Of a stretch of 64,000 bases of DNA, positions 1-13,900 are shown in pieces. Each line of letters begins with the position of its first letter. The stretch's first letter is position 1. Source of the DNA: Curvularia clavata (Eukaryota); NCBI GenBank assembly GCA_023920165.1, contig CP089275.1:1984001-2048000 (forward strand). The letters run 5' to 3'. The notes below the pieces were generated by a model, which was given only the letters and a program-made list of their open reading frames with translations, was not told the DNA's origin and did not search any database. Both the position numbers and the translations under genes were made by a program.

Positions 1-1903
1 GCCAGCTAGCTCCGCCGCTCTACACACTACTTGTACAAGGCTGACTGGCTGGCTGGCTGTTGAGAGCCATGCGTCCATTGTGTCGCGTTACCTGTCGACG
101 TGATCCCTTGCCGTTTCGCCTAGCACCGGCCCAATCAACAGGTTCGCCAAAGGTCAGGAAATGTGATGTGACCATGACTGACCCGGCCATTGATTCAGGC
201 TTGCTGTGGCGTCTCTTTCACGGTTCCGCTGGCGAAGAATATCGGGCCATGACTGAGTGCCACGCGGGGGTTCGCAATAGCATTGCTACCACTACCAGCA
301 AGTTGGGCACCTGGCAGTTCGAAACTGGAGATTTACATTGCCGATCTGAGCGCCATGCTCGGCTCCTTTCCACTGGCTAGATGCGCACGGCTATCCCTTT
401 TGTCTCAAATCAGAAAGCCGTATAGGGACTTGACTACATGGGGAGTCTTCGTAGGGATTAAGTGAGCCTGCACATTCATGCAACTAACTGCCTTGTCCAT
501 CACCGACGCCATTCATAGCCACCTTTCTCAACAAGACAGAGAAACTGCAGTAGCGTGGAGGTAAGATTCGATCATGGTCTCAAGATGGAGTCTCTGATTG
601 CAGGCTGAAACCTAACGGCATCGCGCCGGGTAGTTGGCCGCCATCGCGCGTCTACTTGCTCAGACCGCAGCCTGGACGCCGCTTTCTTGCTCGAGGCCTC
701 GCCCGTGCGGGCCAGGTCTTCCTCGCCACACAGCAGAGCCTGAAACTCGAGCACACTTGCGGGGTGTATATACTGCTCCCCGATTCCTGCTATCGACCGA
801 AGGCGGCGCTTTTGCCGGAGGCGGGCGTGTCGTAGTTGCTCGGCGACTGCACTTCTCATCCACTAGTGCACCTCCACGCACCGTCACATATCATCTTCCT
901 CCTCCACTGTCATCACTGTTACACAGCTGCCTTGGCTCTGGCTGTCCATTCTCGGATCGTCATTTCGCTTTGACCTGCTCGGACATTGGCCGTCCTCACG
1001 GGACGCATGTAACGGAACGTTGGAACTGTCACCGCAGCCAATCGAGTCACGCCATCAAGTGCAGGGCGGGACGACTCGTGTACCAGGGAACCCCTGATGT
1101 GGGCGGTGCGTGCCTGCAGGGACACTTGTGCACGCTAGTGGGAAGGCCTGCATAAGCTCGCGGGCTCCGAGGTCGAAACAAATTTGACAGGCACAGATGG
1201 GGTTTGATTGAGTCTGTGATCTTCATTTGCTCCTTTGGTACCGGTCCCGTCTCCCCCAGAGGACTGTGCGGAGTTGTGTCTGCATTCCCGGACCCGGCTC
1301 GATGCATTGACGGCTAGTGCATGCGATGCTCAAGTTGTGCCTCGCCCCTCCCACTGACCCTCGTCCCCATTCTTCTTACGCGCCGTGCAGTTGATTACAC
1401 GGTTTCTCTTTGTCGTTTGTTCTGCTGCGCGCTGCCTGACTGTCCTTCTTCTTACTCTTAAAAGCGATTTGCTCTACGTCACTTTTCCCTCTCTTCTTGT
1501 TCTGTTAAAATTGCTCCTCGTCGCCGACTCCTTCCTAACGTAATACTTTCCAACGCCGCATACAACAATTGCAGAATTGCTCGCGCTTCTTGCCACCGTC
1601 AGAGCGACCAGCAGCAGGTCGTATCACAGAAAGTTCAACCGGTATGTCAACAGCAGTGTTGTCAGCATGCTATGTCGTGGATCTCTGCAGATCTCCCCAC
1701 CTTTGAAGATCATGTTGTATTGGTTTAGCAAGACACTTCCATCGTCCTGGATGGCTGACACTATACTCGTACCATCATGTTCGCATTCTGACGAGAACAC
1801 AGGCATGCGTTGAATCTTATCTACCCACAGCACCACTGGGTTGTGGTTCTGATCCCTCGACTAGACCACCATTCTTTTCCCCGATATATACGACCCAACC
1901 AAA

Positions 1904-4900
1904 ATGGCCGCAGAGTACTATTCAGATAATGAGGCTTTTGCCGCTAGCCGCTCCTTACCTACACCTGCCGGAACTCCATACGACTCGCTGTCAAGACGGA
2001 GCTCCCGTCACGAAACACCAGGCAGTGACATAACCAGTTCACCACCCCCCATGCCACCAGATCGAGGTTTTAGTTCAGACGATGCTGCTAACGATGAGAA
2101 CATCTCAATCCTGGATCCTCGTCGTTTCACTCCAACACTGCATGCAAACCTCGTTTCAGAGATCCTGAACCTCCGTCGGGAACTAGATTCCAAGCATAAA
2201 TTTATCGACGACTTGGAGGCCAACTTGCATACAACCCGTGCTGATAACGAATCGCTTACCAAACAGCTGGCATCATCCAACAAAGAGGGCAAGGTAGCGA
2301 AACGCCAGCTTCAGCACTTTGAGAATGAAACTTTGGCCGCTTTGGAGGAAATCGCAGGGGAGAGAGACAAGATGAAGGAAGCCAACGCTGATCTGAGACA
2401 AAAGCTTGCTGCAGCAGAAAAAAGGACGCGAAGTCAAGACGATGATTCGACCAAAGTGCACGACATGTGGGCTCGCGAAAAAGAGGAGTGGGCCGGGGAA
2501 AAGCGGATGTTGGAGCGACGGGTTCACGTATCGGAAACCCGACTGAAGATGCTGTTGGACGAAATCGCTATGCATGAACAGGCAAAAGAAGAAGCTGGTA
2601 TTGAGAGCGACGCGGAAGACTTGGCCGGTGATACCGGTGCGCCGGAGAGCGAACCCGGTAGTTTGCGCTCATCTCCGCAACGGAGACCATCTACTCGTAT
2701 TGGACGCCATTCAAGGGATCGAAGTAACAGCAGCTGGAAGAGCATTGGCCGGAACTATCGCGCTTCTCTAATGAGCGCTGACGGCTTCACCCGTGGAAAC
2801 GGTATGAGTCTCGCAGACGAACTCATATTTGACGAAGAAGATGAGGAATTGGAAGATTTGGAAATTGATTCCGATGATTTCACTGAACACGAAATGAGAG
2901 CGCGCAGGGCCCGCGAGTCACGGCAGTCGATGCTACCCGACGAAAAAGCAAAACGCATCCTGGGCCTGAGCACTCTGACGACGGTCGAGGATACGGAGCC
3001 TCAGAAATCATCCTACGAAACTGAACTGTCTTCAGTCACTCTACCGCGTCGTGACACTGTCTTGATCTTTCCACCATCTCGGCCTCTCTACGTTGACACT
3101 GGCGTTCAGCCAACTCCTCCATCTTCGCCTACCAAGCCCGTCATGGTGGAAGCGGCATCGCAGACTACTGAGCCTTCTCCTCAAATAAAGCTAAACGACA
3201 GTGCATCCACTGCTGCAGAGATTGAGGCCAACCAGAGTCGAAAGCGAGTTTCTGTCCCCATAAGCTCTAGTCCAGCATCCCATGTTAACTCTGAAACACA
3301 TAACATGAAATCGAGCTCGGTGCAGACCGTTGAGCCTCTAAGTCCGCCGCCAACCCCCAAGATCCCTGTGCCTTCAGAACAAGCACTCTTGCCACAAGCC
3401 GTCCACGCTGAGCTAGTCTCCACAGCAACCCAGACAGATCCTCCGATTCAGCCAGATGTTCCAACTGAGTTACCTAAGAGAGCCGCGCCGCCAGCTCCTA
3501 TTCCGATTCCTTCGATTGCTATACATGCTCCCACATCGGCACCTTCGTCACCAAAAGCTCCTATCCTTCCTCCGGGCACGAAGACCATCTCAACGCAAAC
3601 GACCGGTGACCTTGTAGCCCCAATGCAGTCAACAGGCATGCAGACTGAACCAATAAGGATTGATCAGAGACCTGTCAAACTGCCGCCACATCTCCTTCCA
3701 TCAGCTATTTCATCCAAGCCTGGAACACCAGTGGCAGACAAGGAGAAGGCTGCAGAGAAAGAATTTAGCCCTTCTACCTCCAACGCGCCTGAACAGCCCA
3801 CGACAAAAACACTGGCTCGCCAGAACCTTACGACTCGCCTCGAAGAAGCTGCAGATAGGGAAATTGAGAACCGTTATCCTGGGAATAATGACAATGGACC
3901 CCTGTCGTACAAGCTCGATACGGATATACTCAATCGCCCATTCCGTACAAGCAGTCTATTTGCTGGATTCGATGGCCCATCGTCTGACGAAGAGGAGGAA
4001 GAGGCCGAATTGAGCGACGGTGAGCCTAGGAGCCTCCAATACTCCGCAGCGATGCTCTCATCACGCAACGCGAAGAGCGGACGACCGGTGAACCCTCCGA
4101 CACCTGTACCAGAAGACAAGGAGGCCTCGTCAAACCCTAGACCGTCAGTTGATTCCATCAACAGTACGAACATGTCTTCGATACGTAGCTCGATGGAGAG
4201 ACCAGCCAAGATTGGCAAAGCGCAACGTATGGTGATCAGCCGCCAACCTAGCATCCGGCGATCTGCAATGATACAGAGTAGCACTGCTGTTCACTCCCGC
4301 ACTCGCAGCGGAAGTGTTGGTAGTCTAACATCAAGCAACCACCTGCCGAAACCGCCATTCCCGGTGCCTACTCGGTCCAGTTCGCGCAACAAACCACTGA
4401 GCAAGAGTGAGGGCTCTCAAAGTCCAACCCCCCGCAACAGTGGTTCGTATGCCGGACGCCGTCCGTATGGCGTAAAGCACCAAAGGAAAGACAGCATAAG
4501 GAAAGTGCGATCAGCAGCTCCTGTGACAAAGACTAGTCGCTCTCGCAGCAGGTCTCCGACACTTCCGGCTACTCCAAGCAACGACGATACTTACTCAATC
4601 CCACCACTCCCGAGCGACATCGTCAGTGCTAGTGGTTTCCGTCACCGCCACCAGCTTTCGAGCGCGACAGCAGCCACGAGTTATACAGGCAACGGCTCCG
4701 AGAATAGTGCTGCAAGTCAGAATAACGTTGTTGATGCAATTGCAGCAGCGATGATCGGAGAGTTCATGTGGAAATATGTCCGCAAGAGGAAACCCTTTGG
4801 TGGTCCTGAAACAGATATCAATCGCGCAGCAGAGGAAGCCTCTTTGACCACCCATGGTGTGAGACACAAACGGTGGGTTTGGATCTCGCCGTATGAGAGA

Positions 4901-5889
4901 GCCATTCTCTGGAGCAGTAAGCAGCCAACGACTGGATCGGCACTGATGGGGAAGAGCGGTCGCAAACGTGAGTCAATTTTCTTTTTTTGGACTTGCATGA
5001 AATTAACATGTCCCTAGTCATTATACAGTCTGTCCTCGACGTCACGGACAACTGCCCTCCCCCCAAGAATGAGACCGTCTTCAACCGCTCTATCCTCATC
5101 CTCACTCCTATGCGCGCTCTCAAGTTCACTACGACATCGCGTGAGCGACATTACCTGTGGTTGACTGCGCTTTCTTTCCTCGCCCGTTCAACTGCGCCCA
5201 TACCGGATGTCGGATCTTTACCACCTGTACCGCCGCCAGTTGAGGAAATTGACCGTCGTCCACAAGGCGCAACCCTTCGTCGTAGCCGTGTTCAAGATTC
5301 AGTGCGTCTTGCCAAAGGCCGGGTGAACCCAGTAATGGCACGCTACGCAATGCAGGAGGAACCTATGCCTAGTCTGCCTTCATTCCCCAGCCTCCAGGAG
5401 CCACTGGAGGAAGAGCCCGCCAGCCCGCCAGTCATCCGACGTGGTCCACAGCACGGCAGGAAGAGGAGCTCGACTGGACCAAGTGCTCCTCCTCCGAGCG
5501 TTCCATTTAGAAGTTTCTCTCACCAACATGTGCCATCGGTATACTCCAATGGATCGTCCGACATGTACAGTGCCGGCGTACCACCGTCTATACCATCAAC
5601 AGAATACAATCCCACGGGCGGTGCGATGAGCTCCCGGACTTCGGAGGCGAGCACTTCAACACGTCAACAGTTCTTCGACACTATGGGTACTGTCCGAATG
5701 GAAGCTTTCATTGACGATGCTCTTGGTGACCAAAAGCAATCGAGTGGTGGCGCCGCTCGAGCACAGTACATGCAGCACCGTCGTCGCCGCGGAAGCAGCC
5801 AATGGAGCACCAGCACCCGCGATCAATCTAGTCGTGGCGCCGGTCTTTTCGACTTCGACGTCGGTAACGATCCCTTCCGCAACTTCTAA
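1904..5889 (+). CDS. Num1/ApsA/Mcp5-like cortical protein (N-terminal coiled coil, C-terminal Mcp5-type PH domain), ~1311 aa, 2 coding exons
   Basis: ORFs 1904-5017 and 4987-5889 are joined in frame by a GTGAGT...CTAG intron at 4968-5017 (RK|LIIQSVLDV). The PH signature GEFMWKYVRKR...RHKRWVWISPYERAILWS...RALKFT..RERHYLWLTAL is typical of the Num1/Mcp5 PH family. Confidence 0.85.
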
Positions 5890-6865
5890 ACGAACTGCTT
5901 GCGCTTACGAATCGCTCACGTATGATGGGCATGCTTAACGGCCAATGTCTTCTCGCTGCCTTGCTTGTTTCTCGTCCTGGGATTAATCTCAACTTCTTAT
6001 TCGTGTCTCGAAAACATTTCTTTTTGAAGCTAGGTCTACGGCCCATACGACTCAACGTCACCAGCATCGAGTCAGAACATCCATGACTGGACATTTCATT
6101 TGCTTTCATCTCACTTTAAGCTCTTCACATTTCCATTTTGTCTGTATCATCATCATAGGGGGAATTGGACCAACAACGGCTATAGAAGCCGGTGCGCTCA
6201 CGCGCAACAAGCACACCACGTGTACATCTTACATTCTAATCATTCTTCCATAAGCTAGCATTGGCAGTTCCGCGCTGTTGATACCCAACTCAAAAGCCTG
6301 TTGCTACATACTATCCTTGCCTCTTTGGCTGACTTAACGGCAAAGCAATCTTTGCCCTTTTCTCTTTCTTCCTTTCATCCGCTCGATATCCACTTTGTTC
6401 CTTAAGCGTTGCATAGTCCTTCGACGGTGGCACACTAGCGGTTTTGCAGCAGTGCGAAAACAACTAGGGAGGTGGGGCCGCGATTCATAGGTTGATAGTC
6501 CACAGAAAGAATGAATGGTACATCAACCAGAAGAAAAAGCAATAGCCTTGGTTGCAGTGAAGAAAAAGAGAGGCTGGTCCTGCTGCCCAATGGTTTTCAT
6601 TGTTGGGTATATTGTATGTGTCAGTGGTAGATGGAAAATTATAATACTCTCGCCTGTTCTTGCCCGGTACCCATCGGCCTATCCCGGCATCGTTGAGTAA
6701 CTTTCTCACTCCACTTCCCATAGTTCCCCGAAATATCTGGACTGCGACACCACCGTCTTGATAAGATCTACCTACTTTCTTGCGATGATAAGGTCTAATT
6801 TATAGATGTATTGAAAGCAATTTGCCGTTTCTCCAACAATCACAACCAATCACGTCTCGTGAATC

Positions 6866-6952
6866 GGTTTTGTAGTGTAGCGGTTATCACTCCGGATTCT
6901 GATCATCATCAGGAGCATTCCGGCAACCCCGGTTCGATTCCGGGCAAGACCT
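6866..6952 (+). tRNA. tRNA-Gln(CTG) with a 15-nt intron (6903-6917)
   Basis: Acceptor stem GGTTTTG/CAAGACC, D arm GTGTAGCGGTTATCAC, anticodon stem CCGGA/TCCGG with CTG at 6899-6901, T loop GGTTCGATTCC. Confidence 0.95.
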
Positions 6953-7421
6953 CAAAATATTGATTTCTTTTGTCATTTTTCTTTTGCCCTACCTAACTGC
7001 GGCGAGAGCCGCGGAAGGAAGTTAAGAGAAAAGAAACTGTCACTGTACCACGCTCGTGGTACTGTGTGCTTTTTTTCGCTTTGCATTATCTGCAGATCCC
7101 ATGTGTGCAATTTTCCGGTACCTAGGACATGGTAGTGATAGCTGAAAAAACAAGTCATAACGTTGCATTTTACACGTGGACCTCCGAACCCTAAGAATTT
7201 CTTATTTCTTACATGTCATGATATGTAGTACAGTACGTGCACCACAGGGGTTGATTTTGCTAGTACAGCTGCTAAAGACCGAGACTCTACCCCTGTCTCC
7301 ACTTGCTAAGAAAAAAAATTGGTCTTCGGCCTAGCACCAATTAACCGACTTGACCACGACCACACAACCACTTCATCAGCAAAAAAGAACTGCTTACTGC
7401 CTGAGTAGCAGCTGTTCCAGT

Positions 7422-7507
7422 TGACTCAGCCGAGGTTTGAACTCGGGACCTTCAGTGTGCCTAACAGGGTGTTAGACTGACGTGATAACCAACTACACCA
7501 CCGAGCC
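7422..7507 (-). tRNA. tRNA-Val(AAC) copy 1 with a 12-nt intron
   Basis: The reverse complement reads GGCTCGGTGGTGTAGTTGGTTATCACGTCAGTCTAACA[CCCTGTTAGGCA]CACTGAAGGTCCCGAGTTCAAACCTCGGCTGAGTCA and folds as a cloverleaf with an AAC anticodon. Confidence 0.95.
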
Positions 7508-7799
7508 TGCTGTTTGTTGCTTTTGATGGAAGAAATCAGGTACTAGTGTCCTCATATCTCGAGGTAACTGCAGCAAAATTGGCATTGAGAAAAAAAAAGC
7601 ACACTCATTGTAACCGTGTACATTCATTCCCTGGACGGTTGCTGTGAACCGAATTCTAGATTGCAGTGGGTCAGGCACAACGGTAGCAGTAGCACCAGCT
7701 CTCGATGTAACGCCGAGGTCTTGCTATCCCAACCCACCAAAAAAAGAAGGAAAAATACACTTCTCTCTCCTAGAAAGAAGAGACGAAGCATGAATAAGC

Positions 7800-7885
7800 T
7801 GACTCAGCCGAGGTTTGAACTCGGGACCTTCAGTGCGCCTAACTGAATGTTAGACTGACGTGATAACCAACTACACCACCGAGCC
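7800..7885 (-). tRNA. tRNA-Val(AAC) copy 2 with a 12-nt intron
   Basis: Exons are identical to copy 1; the intron is TTCAGTTAGGCG. Confidence 0.95.
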
Positions 7886-8256
7886 ATGTTCAAGCTTTGC
7901 ATGAAGACAATCTGTCAGATAAGGCGCATAAATGACGAGTGAATTCCAATGGTGTTTCCATGCTGGAAAGCGTGTATTTTGGTTTTCTTGGGCGGTAGAT
8001 AGTCCTGTTGTTGGAATGGTGCGATGGAGCAACGGTTGACCCACTCTTGTAAAATTTCTCGCTTCTGCATAGCTACCATGGTGCAAATGGGTCGCCGTCT
8101 CAGGGCAACGTGGTTCCTAGGACGGTATCCAAGTGACAAAGTTCGTAGTTATGCACTTGCCGCGTCGCTGTGGCTAGAGATTTGGTAGTGCAACCGCATT
8201 TTCATTACTCACGAACAACACTGATATCCAGACCGAGCAACATAAATAGCCCTCTT

Positions 8257-10259
8257 CTACAACCTGCTTCCCGCTTTCCTTCTCTTCTCCTTCTCTTGAT
8301 CTCTCAACATTCGACGTAATATCTTGCCGGACGGCGATTTCGGAATCACGTCAATGAATTCGATTCCCCCACTGATCCACTTGTACCTCGCCTTGTGCTG
8401 TTCGACATATTTCTGAATGTCGCGGGCAAGAACGTGGTCACTCTCTTCAGCGCTGACTGAAGGCGACTTGACGACAAAGGCTTTTGGTACTTCTCCAGTC
8501 TTTTCATTTGGAATCTGGATCACAGCGCAATCGTAGACAGCAGGATGTGTCAGCAAATGCGCTTCGAGTTCTGCCGGCGCGACTTGGTGACCCTATATCG
8601 TGATCAGCAGGTGGCGCGAAAGAATTGCAAGTAGACTTACTTGGACCTTAATCAACTCCTTGATGCGGTCGACGATAAACAGATGCTCGTTGCCAGAAGG
8701 TGCTTTCCTGAAGACGGCCTCATCTCCAGTATGCATGTAGCCATCGCGGAACGTCTCCGCATTAGCCTTATCGTTGTTGAAGTATCCCAGAACAACCGAA
8801 GGCGACTTCACAATCAGCTCGCCCGGCTGGTCGTATTCGGTGATCTCAGTGCCCTCGGGAGTGACAATCTTGCACTCTATGCCTGGGAGCAGAGAGCCCG
8901 AGGAACCGAACCAGATGTCATCTGGTGACGATGAAGATACGACAGTACAAGTCTCCGTAAGGCCGTAGCCTTGGCGAAGCTTCCATGAGGGGTACATTTT
9001 CTGCAAATCCTCGGCAGTTTCTTTTCCCAAAGGTGCAGCACCTGTGAATATCGACCACACGGAGCTAAGATCATACTTATCAAGCAATGCCTTGTTCTTG
9101 GTCATCTGAATGATGATCGGGGGAACCTTGTTTGGTTAGTTGACTTTTCTTCCGATTGACGACATACTTACCAAGAAGAGCGAGTTGATCTTGTAGTCTT
9201 GTATCGCTTGCAGAGTCGATGCAAACTCGAACTTAGGCAGGACCACTATACCGTCACCACGGTAGACACCGGCATGACAGATGACAACCAGTGCGTAGAT
9301 GTGCGACATAGGCAATAGGCCCAGTACCATGTCAATATAGTCAGACTGATTTCGTACGTCTTTAATCATGTTGTCTCGGTACGGCTTTTCGAAAGCTCTG
9401 ATTTGCACTAGGGCGCATGAGACAAAATCGCATATTCGCAAGCGTTCTGGGTATCTTACTCGTATTGGCAATGACGTTTCTATGTGAAATCATGACTCCT
9501 TTCTGCGTATAGCTTAGTATGGGCGCATAAAGCGTTCAGAAATTGTTGCTTACCGGCAGACCAGAGGTACCACTGGAGTAGCAGAGGAACGCGCTCCTTC
9601 TAGCACCCTCGCCAGGGCTCCAATTTAATTGTGGCAAGCGATCAAGCTTTGCGCCTTCACGGATGAAATAGTCCACTGTTTTGAACTCCTTGGGCGTGCT
9701 TCTTCCTGCGAACTTTTCCGGAAGTTCAAGGAGATATATGCGGGTCTCGGGAATTCCAGACTTCTTTGCGGCTGTTCGCGCCGTTTCCAACAGTGTAACG
9801 CACGTGAAGAGGGCCTTTGCGCCCGAGTTCTTCAACTGGTATTCGAGCTCGGAGGCACTGTATGCGGCGTTGGCGGGCGTCTGGATGCCACCCAAGCGGT
9901 GCGTGGCCCATGCCAAAGGGATTGTGTCAATCTACCGAATGTAAGTATTATAATAGATAGATTGGGCATGTGATGCCTACCGTGTTTACAGAAAAGACAG
10001 CAATGACCTTATCCCATTCCGATCCCTCGTTTGGGTGGAAGCCAAGTTCCTTTGATAGACCTCGTGCAAGATAGTCGACGCGTTCTCGCACCTCCAAGCT
10101 TGAGTACGTCTTTCCCGTCAAGCCGCAAATGAAGGGATTGTATGAGTATCCAAGCGGATGGCGGCCGTAGTTCTCATCTAGCATGAAGTCGCAAATAGGG
10201 ACCGAGTCGGGCGGGTCCATGGGGAGCTTTGGCACCCATGATGGAGGATAAAAGGGCAT
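8257..10259 (-). CDS. Peroxisomal AMP-dependent acyl/aryl-CoA ligase (4-coumarate/phenylacetyl-CoA ligase-like), 6 exons
   Basis: Spliced ORFs give the P-loop YSSGTSGLPKG, QGYGLTET, HTGD, DRIKELIK and PKSPSGKILRR motifs. The protein ends -KAGSRL (PTS1). Five GT-AG introns, e.g. 9932-9980. Confidence 0.9.
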
Positions 10260-10843
10260 CTTCAGTCGTATCTACAAGCGTGTTAGCTACGCGTTAGGCT
10301 TTGGGGACATGCAGGGACTCGCCTATCGTTGAGCCTCCGTTTATGCAGGAAAGAATTGAATCACAAGCGTACGACTGTGAGGTTTTAAGTCGTTACCCCG
10401 ACTTCCGCAAATGACGTTAGTTCTTCTAAGGTCGTCTTGGTTCGGCGCCGATAGCGCGTCAGCGTCAGCCGCAATGGTGGAGAAACTGGGGTATGCCGAG
10501 GTCATGACCTAGACGGACTAGACCATCCGCGTCACCGGGGTTATCTCGGAGTCGTCTCAGCGGCAGATATCGGCGAATCTTATAAGACTCCATAGACATC
10601 ATAAAGGAGATCGGGATAGTTGCTTGGTGTAAGATCGGGTGGCACTCGCATAGTAGCTATGTGGGTGGTGTTGTTTCTGCTGCTATCAGATGGTAGGTAT
10701 GGATGGGAGTCATGTATACGGCTGACGCCGTCTTCTCACTTTCACCGTCGTCAGCAACCTTGACCAGCGCAAGCAAGAACGCTCAGCAAGTTTGGCAAAG
10801 CAAACAAAGCCCTTGTGGCTCGACTGAGATTCCTATTGTTCTC

Positions 10844-10853
10844 GTCACGTGAC
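10844..10853. promoter_or_regulatory. GTCACGTGAC palindrome (Cbf1/bHLH E-box-like) upstream of the AlkB-like gene
   Basis: Perfect 10-bp palindrome ~145 bp upstream of ATG 10998; the identical motif occurs at 45841. Confidence 0.45.
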
Positions 10854-10997
10854 ACCAATGCTCCTTCTTGCCCTTTGTTTGTGCACTTACGGCCAGTCCT
10901 AAATTTTCAATTCCTCCAGGTATCAAACTTCTGAAAATATCAACTCTTCAGGATTGTACTGCACCACTTACTTGCCACTAACTAAAATTATACCGCG

Positions 10998-13900
10998 ATG
11001 GTGCTACCCCACTGTGGCTTCGATAATGAATATGGTGGAGGACATGAGAGCGCAACCAACCAACTCACTTCCACTAACGAGGTAGGCAACACTGCAATGC
11101 ATTACGATCTTGGCAACTATGGCACATTATCTTCCCAACGACCTGAACGAAAAAGGAAGCGCCCACAAAGACTCTGTGATGAAATGCTTGTGTCCTCAAC
11201 CAAAAATCAAAAGAGGGCCCGGAGAAACCCAATAACTCGAAAGCCTTCAAAGAATACGAAACGAACATATCAGACATCCGCTCAATCCCAGAATGAGACC
11301 ATAACCAGTGAAATCGCTGGTTATTCAGACTATTCATCAGAACCTCAAGAAAACAAGTCCAAGATTGTCATTCTCCAGTTGCCACTGAATAGCCGTTTAC
11401 TCGAAACTTCACAACGCTCTTCAACTGATCAACACATGGATGGTGAATGTTCGAATGCTTTGTCATCCCCGCTTTCTTCACTGCATCCAAGTTCGGTCAG
11501 TTCTTTCCACAAAATTTAGTCGCTACCCAACTAACATAAGTAATAGATTAGCGCTGACGCTGCTCTTGCGCCGAATGAATACAGTCAGAATGCCCAGATA
11601 TTGTCACCACCAGTACCGGCATCTACACAGGATACTATGCTGACGAGCACCTCACAAGAAAACGCTTCAAATCAAATATGCGACGATAGGCCATGTAATG
11701 GTTCTAGTGTTCTGTCACCGGAACGTCGGATATCTCTGTCAACCCTTTTGAAGCATCGTCAGGGTCATTCCGCATATCCTACACCTACGTCGACCTGTTA
11801 TCACAACTCCATCGATATAAAAGAGCTAAATAAAGAGCATGAGGGGTATAAGGAGCATGGTTCAGAGAGTGAAAAGTCTTATCAGACACAGTCTACAGTA
11901 CTCCTATGTCCTGAGGAGTCTCAGTTCGGCTATGATCGCCGCAAAATCGATGAAAACTCGCAAGTGTCTATTGTTGAAACTGTGCCTACACAACCCAACA
12001 CTCGATCTGATCATGTTGAGAGCTGTTTGGAGTCTCAAAATGCAGCTGATCGGGTCAAGCCCTTCGAAAAGGATTCTTTGGCACCAACAAGAAGCAATTA
12101 CGCAGACTCCGAAGCGACGATAGAGTGTGAAGACACTTTGAACGTTTCAGTCAGTGATTCATCGCAACTGCCAGAATATCAACAGCTTCACACCATAGCA
12201 CAGCAACTCCTCGATCATCGCAACTTAGGCCCTAATAAACCAGTGCCGGTTGGTCGACCCGACGTGTGGGCTGAAGGTCGCCAAGAGCTATGTGAAACGC
12301 TACACTATTACCGGAGCTACCAAGGTGCCTGCTACGCTACCGGCGGCTTTGTGCGAGGGTTTATGTTCGATAAGATTGCCCACGATCGTGATTATGTGGA
12401 TGGCAATGTCATCATCTCACGAGCCGGAGGTGGGCTGATTAAAGACCGAGACTCTGGAGAGATGAGAGCAGGTAGAGACCAAGTGGAGGATTCGGCTGCT
12501 CTTGGTCTAAGAAACTGTATACTTCACCGTAATCCTGTGGTTATCATTGTTGGAATCGATAATCCACACATTCCCTCGAAACTACCGCACCAATACTGCG
12601 TACTGGACTATTTCAAGCCAACTCACATCTGGGTGGAAAAGAGCGGCACTAGTAAGATTGTGAGGTACCGTTTCGAGAAGCTCATCACAAAGAAACAGTC
12701 GTGGTGGCAGGCAGAGGATGGCCCTGAAGCTGTGGAGCTTGGATCGTTGCCAAAGCCTGTTGAGAGACTTTGTGGTGATTGTGGGGCACGCTCCCTGCAG
12801 GTATATCTCAATGGATGGATGTGCCTACAACCCGCATGTCGCTCCTTCTGGAAGATGATCATCTCAGCACCTGGTCTCAGGCACAGAACTTCTTTACAAG
12901 AACCGAAGGAGGCATCCCTCATGTATGACCCGCGCTTTCTCAAGCAGAAAACTTTATGGGAAAACGATGATCAAGAACACCCGCTTGTATCAAATGTTGC
13001 CGAACTCTCGAAGCCCTCTCTCCCTGGTGAAGACACCGCGGTCGCATTCTGGTCTGGAATGGTCTGTCCAAAGTGTGGGCGCTGCATCTCTCGCCTCCAC
13101 TGGACTCACTGGGAATGTCCTAATCTTACCTGCGACTATCAAAGGCGACCCCCTCATGCACTCATTTCTGCTCTTTCTCTTCGCGACCCCCTCTGGCCTG
13201 TAACGGACAGCTACACGCTGTCAAGAGATACACACTCGTCATCGATTGGCTTCAGTGTCAAATTCGCACACGGCTATCGCATCAACCGATATACCTTGCC
13301 CGGTATAGCAGGCTTCATATTCCACATGATCGCCAACAAAACAGTGCTTGAAGAGCCTGGTGGCCCAGACGCCATGTTTGAAGAGCTTCAACAGACAGAC
13401 ATTGGATTGCAGCGCCGTCCGTTACCCAACGGCCAGCTGAAAGGACCCAACTATTGCCGACAATTTCTCGTCAACTACGGCATGCCATACAAATTCATTG
13501 CCGCCACCCAATCCCACTCCTTCGAGGAAGCAGCACGCCCCATAACCAGCACACGCAGCCGCCTGAACTGGGCCGCCAGATACCTCTTGACGCACGAAGC
13601 AGACTTGAGCCTACAGACAACAAACCAAGAATGGAAAAGCAGAGAATTCAACGAAGTCCTCGCCCTAGGCTACTTTGAAGACCAAAAAATCAGCTATCAC
13701 GACGACGGCGAATTCGGCCTCGGGCCCACCATCGCAACGCTGAGCCTAGGAGCCCAAGGAACTATGCGTATTCGAATGAAAGCCCGGCATTACCATGGTA
13801 TTTCCTCCAGTGGGGGTCCTTACGATGACGCACCCCCAATCCCAGGATGTGAACACTACCCTGCTCGTCTTGCGCTGCAGCCCGCTCTCGACACATTGAA

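Noticed and set aside
7300..7363. tRNA-Ser/Leu-like 5' fragment on the - strand (GTGGTCGTGGTCAAGTCGGTTAA)
   Set aside because: No T arm or matching acceptor stem; at most a decayed relic.
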